Below, in pieces: positions 60,456-64,000 of a DNA stretch of 64,000 nucleotides. Source of the DNA: Gracilinanus agilis (taxonomy: Eukaryota); assembly GCF_016433145.1 (NCBI RefSeq), contig NC_058130.1, forward strand, positions 88,013,421-88,077,420. The letters are read 5' to 3'. The notes beneath the pieces were generated by a model. It worked only from the letters and a program-made list of their open reading frames with translations, had not been told where the DNA came from and made no database searches. A program made the translations under genes and the position numbers. Each line of letters starts with the position of its first letter. Position 1 is the first letter of the stretch.

Positions 60456-62119
60456 AATACTTAGTTGAGAAGCACTTATTTATTAAAGATGTCCTAAACA
60501 AGGTGGAGGGATAGGATTAAACAGATCATTGTGTGAACTGTCATTTAAATGAAATCTTTTCCCCTGAGTTGAGCTGCTGGATGACACAGTCAGTAGGGTG
60601 GTAGAATATAAACTCTGTCAGTAATTGAAAAATAGCACAGTTTTATTTTCACATAATTAAATTCTTATTAAGATCCCAGACTACTTGGCAAGAAGGGCTG
60701 ATTGTTAAGTCTACTGGGGACTCTACATTTGCTTCATATTTCTGTCGTGGTAATGGAGCTAATTTTCACTTGATCATTGTGCCCAATACTAGTCCATTTT
60801 TATGAGCCACGATTCTGGAGGACCAGACATTCATCTGTGGGATGAGTGGCAAACAGTTACCCCAGTGAATGATTTCTGTGCCTAGTCTGAAGTGGCTCTT
60901 TTAATTTTATTCCTTAAAGATATCATATCATCTATTTTTGCTTTCAGAGGCAAGTGGCATAAATATTTCTACATCAGAGGCTGTTTTGTGCAGATTATAA
61001 GCAAAAAGGCTTTTTAAAAACTCTCACCACACTGATTTTAATCAAATGAGAAATTCACATCTCCTGTGAGAAATCTTAGTGTAGATCTACCTAAGGAAGT
61101 CTTAGTGCTGATCCAATTGTCTCCACTACTTTATGGAAAGATCCGGCTTTCTCTTGCTTGAGGTATGAGATGTGATGTGGTAAAAGTAAAATCACAAATA
61201 CTGAAGGTAGATATTATTTTTTTCTAATCCTTTCCTCGAAGCTAAGCATCGCCGGTTCCTTTGCCTGATCCTCATACAAAATAGTCTCTTGTCTTCTCCC
61301 TATCTTGGCTTTTTTCTTGACCATTCAACAAGAATAATGACATGCTTTTTTGTTTGTCTACATCTTTCCTAAATATTGTGTCTAGTACTAAACACAATAC
61401 TCCAAATGCTGTCTAAACAAAGATGAATAGAAGCACCTCTTTATTCTGAATGTTATACCTCTTTTACTCCTGTCTAGGACAGCATTAGCTTTTTGAATGT
61501 CTGGTGATACTATATAGCCACATTGGGCCTGTGGTATATTAAAACCCCCAGAAATTTGTCATAGGAAGTTACCTAGTTATGTCTCTCCCATCTTGTATTT
61601 GTGAATTTGATTTATTTTGAAACCAAGTGTATGGACCATACACATTTGCCTCTATTAAACTTTTGGGTTCAATCCATTGTTCTGAGGTTCACAGTTTTAG
61701 AGCTATAAGACATTTTAGAACTCATCTAAGTTATAGGATAATAGATTTAGGGGCGTAAGGGAATTAGAGGCTATTTAGTCTGATTCTTTCATTTTACAGA
61801 TGAGAAAATGGAACCCCAAATAGATTCAGCGATTTTTCCCAAGGTCACAAAGGCAGCAGTAGTGGCACAGTTGGGATCTGAGCACAGGTCTCCCAACTCT
61901 AAACTGAGCATTCTTTCCACTGCACCAATGCTCTAATCTGTGCTTCTTCTTCTTTTTTTTTTTGGATAAGAACTCTGTCATATGATTATATTAACTATTC
62001 TTCCCAGCTGTGTGTTTTCTTTGAATTTGGCAAGCATTTCTTCATTAAAATCATTGATAAAATATCCAAGTAGCACGGGGCCAAGAACAAATCCTTGAGG
62101 TACAACATAGGCAATCTCC

Positions 62120-62282
62120 NNNNNNNNNNNNNNNNNNNNNNNNNNNNNNNNNNNNNNNNNNNNNNNNNNNNNNNNNNNNNNNNNNNNNNNNNNNNNNNNN
62201 NNNNNNNNNNNNNNNNNNNNNNNNNNNNNNNNNNNNNNNNNNNNNNNNNNNNNNNNNNNNNNNNNNNNNNNNNNNNNNNNNN
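62120..62282. other. Assembly gap (163 N)
   Basis: N run, abutting a SINE tail. Confidence 0.99.
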
Positions 62283-62449
62283 TACCTTCTATCTTGGAAT
62301 TAATACTAAGTTGATTCCAAGGCAGAAGAGCAGTTAAGGGTCAGGCAATTGGAGTTAAGTGACTTGCTCAGGATCATACAGCTAGGAAGTGTCTGAGACC
62401 AGATTTGAACACAGACTGGCTCTCTATCCATTGAGTCACCCAGCTGCCC
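62283..62449 (-). mobile_element. SINE-2_MD-like SINE
   Basis: TACCTTCTATCTTGGAATTAATAC...GAGTCACCCAGCTGCCCC. Confidence 0.8.
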
Positions 62450-63159
62450 CATCCAAATTGATATGGATACTCTTTGAGTTCAGCTATTCAACCATTTCTG
62501 AATTCTTTGCACTATATCCCATCTCATTACTGCATATAGTGCTTGAGTCATCAACTTTTCAATAAGAATAGTAGGGGGCTTCCTCCAATACCCTGTTGGA
62601 TAAGCCACTGGAAGTGCTTTGGCATGTCCCCCATAGATGCCCTGGGAAGACAGCAGACCTTGTTATTACATATCCTTCATTCCTTTAGAAGAATATTACA
62701 GGAAGACTTCTGGCCAAGATGGCTCTCTGAACACCCAGAACGCCCAACTCCCTCATAGCCATTCTAGCAATAACCTGGAATTTCTGCTACACAACACAAT
62801 GATCAAGAAATCCAATGAGACATTGTAGCTAATGCCTTCTTCTATCCCTGGAACTTCATGAAAAGGTCAAGAAACCCAATAGGAAGGGGGAGCACCAGTA
62901 AAGACAATGCCAGTCCAAGCAGAGAAATTAGTAGCATTTCTCTACAAGTTCTAATGACCAGAGACACACATAGCCTGTAAAGCTCTGTGTCTAAGGAGGG
63001 CTCCCCAATAAAGTCTTTGGAAGCCACAAAAAGTGGCTAGATTGCCTGGATATTTTGGCATCTCTATGATAATTTCAGACTCAAAGGAAAAAATAGACTT
63101 TCTGCATGAATGCCTAGAAGAAATGAAGAAAGAAAAACTGAAATAAAAGCTCTGGAGGA

Positions 63160-63363
63160 GGGGGCAGCTGAGTAGCTCAGTGGTGTGAGAGTCAGGCCTA
63201 GAGACAGGAGGTCCTAGGTTCAAACCCGGCCTCAGCCACTTCCCAGCTATGTGACCCTGGGCAAGTCACTTGACCCCCATTGCCCACCCTTACCAATCTT
63301 CCACCTAGGAGCCAATACACCGAAGTACAAGGGTTTAAAAAAAAAAAAAAGAAATTAAAAAAA
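63160..63363 (+). mobile_element. Young SINE-1_MD-like SINE inside L1
   Basis: Near-consensus; perfect TSD AAAAGCTCTGGAGGA at 63145-63159 and 63364-63378. Confidence 0.92.
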
Positions 63364-63554
63364 AAAAGCTCTGGAGGAATGAATTGGAAAGAAAGTAAAT
63401 GGCTTCAAAGAGAAAGTGATAAACTTTACTGAAGTTATGGATAACCTTACCCGTTACCCAACTAAGAGATTCCTTGAAAACTAGGATAGACCAAATAGAA
63501 ATCACTGACGCTGTGACTAGACAGCAAGGAATAGTAGAATAAAATGATTTTTTT

Positions 63555-63739
63555 TTTACATTTTTAAACCCTTAACTTCTGTGTATTGGCTCCTAGGTGG
63601 AAGAGTGGTAAGGGTGGGCAATGGGGGTCAAGCGATTTGCCCAGGGTCACCCAGCGGGGAAGTGTTGAGGCTGGATTTGAACCTAGGACCTCCCGTCTCT
63701 AGGTCTGACTCTCAATCCACTGAGCTACCCAGCTGCCCC
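63555..63739 (-). mobile_element. Young SINE-1_MD-like SINE inside L1
   Basis: Near-consensus in reverse; TSD TAAAATGATTTTTTT at 63540-63554 and 63740-63754. Confidence 0.9.
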
Positions 63740-64000
63740 TAAAATGATTTTTTTAAAAGAAGAAAATATAAGATATCTGATGTGAAAAAATGACCTGGAA
63801 AAAAGGAGAAAATTTAGGAATCATTGGATTTCTTGAAAACTACAATGTTAAAAAAAGTCAGAATACTATGTTTTATGGAATTATAATTGGAAACTGCCCA
63901 GCCCTAATATAACCAGAAGGAAAAAGTAAAGCCAAAAAGAATGCAGATCATCTCCTAAAAGAAAGTCCAAAGGGAAATTCATAGGAATGTCACAACCTAA

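Larger units (their letters stand above)
61230..62620 (-). mobile_element. CR1/L3 LINE fragments, interrupted by a MIR (~61680-61940), a gap and a SINE
   Basis: Reverse-complement similarity to the 26060-27290 CR1, e.g. AAACACAATACTCCAAATG and TCATCAAATT-like blocks. Confidence 0.6.
62700..64000 (+). mobile_element. Marsupial L1 5'UTR and degenerate ORF1, antisense to DOCK3, running off the right edge
   Basis: CAAGATGGC YY1-type motif at 62715-62723; degenerate DLE.R.R.N.RIIG and ENCPAL..PEGK ORF1 motifs at ~63790-63930. Confidence 0.7.

Noticed and set aside
1-64000. CRISPR arrays, prokaryotic defence or operon systems, tRNA/rRNA genes
   Set aside because: No regularly spaced repeat-spacer array or gene-dense architecture; all tRNA-like A/B boxes belong to SINE heads

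Overview
Mammalian genomic DNA, almost certainly a didelphid marsupial (probably the opossum Monodelphis domestica), judged from the SINE families, MAR1-type SINEs, marsupial-type L1 ends and CpG-poor background. It is not prokaryotic: no CRISPR arrays, operons or rRNA/tRNA genes were seen. Three genes lie on the minus strand in the order known from human 3p21. (1) The last seven canonical coding exons and ~3.1 kb 3'UTR of DOCK3 (59763 down to ~32290; the gene continues beyond the right edge). (2) The complete 4-exon MANF gene (CDS 15918 to 9528, 180 aa ending RTDL). (3) A CpG-island promoter/5' end at the left edge that by synteny should be RBM15B. All canonical exon boundaries are GT-AG and exon phases chain correctly. 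The rest is mostly SINE, L1, L2, CR1/L3, RTE, hAT-MITE and LTR debris, with two assembly gaps. I found no wholly new gene system. The best leads concern splicing and translation: a hidden in-frame 87-nt candidate DOCK3 exon, a 123-nt DOCK3 cassette exon with a PxxPxR motif behind a NOVA-type YCAY cluster, a TISU-initiated proline-rich ORF at the RBM15B start, three Pumilio elements in the DOCK3 3'UTR, a young RTE fragment, a nested palindromic element and repeated re-use of retrotransposon target sites. Orthologue comparisons are from memory, repeat family names are by eye, and repeat boundaries are approximate.
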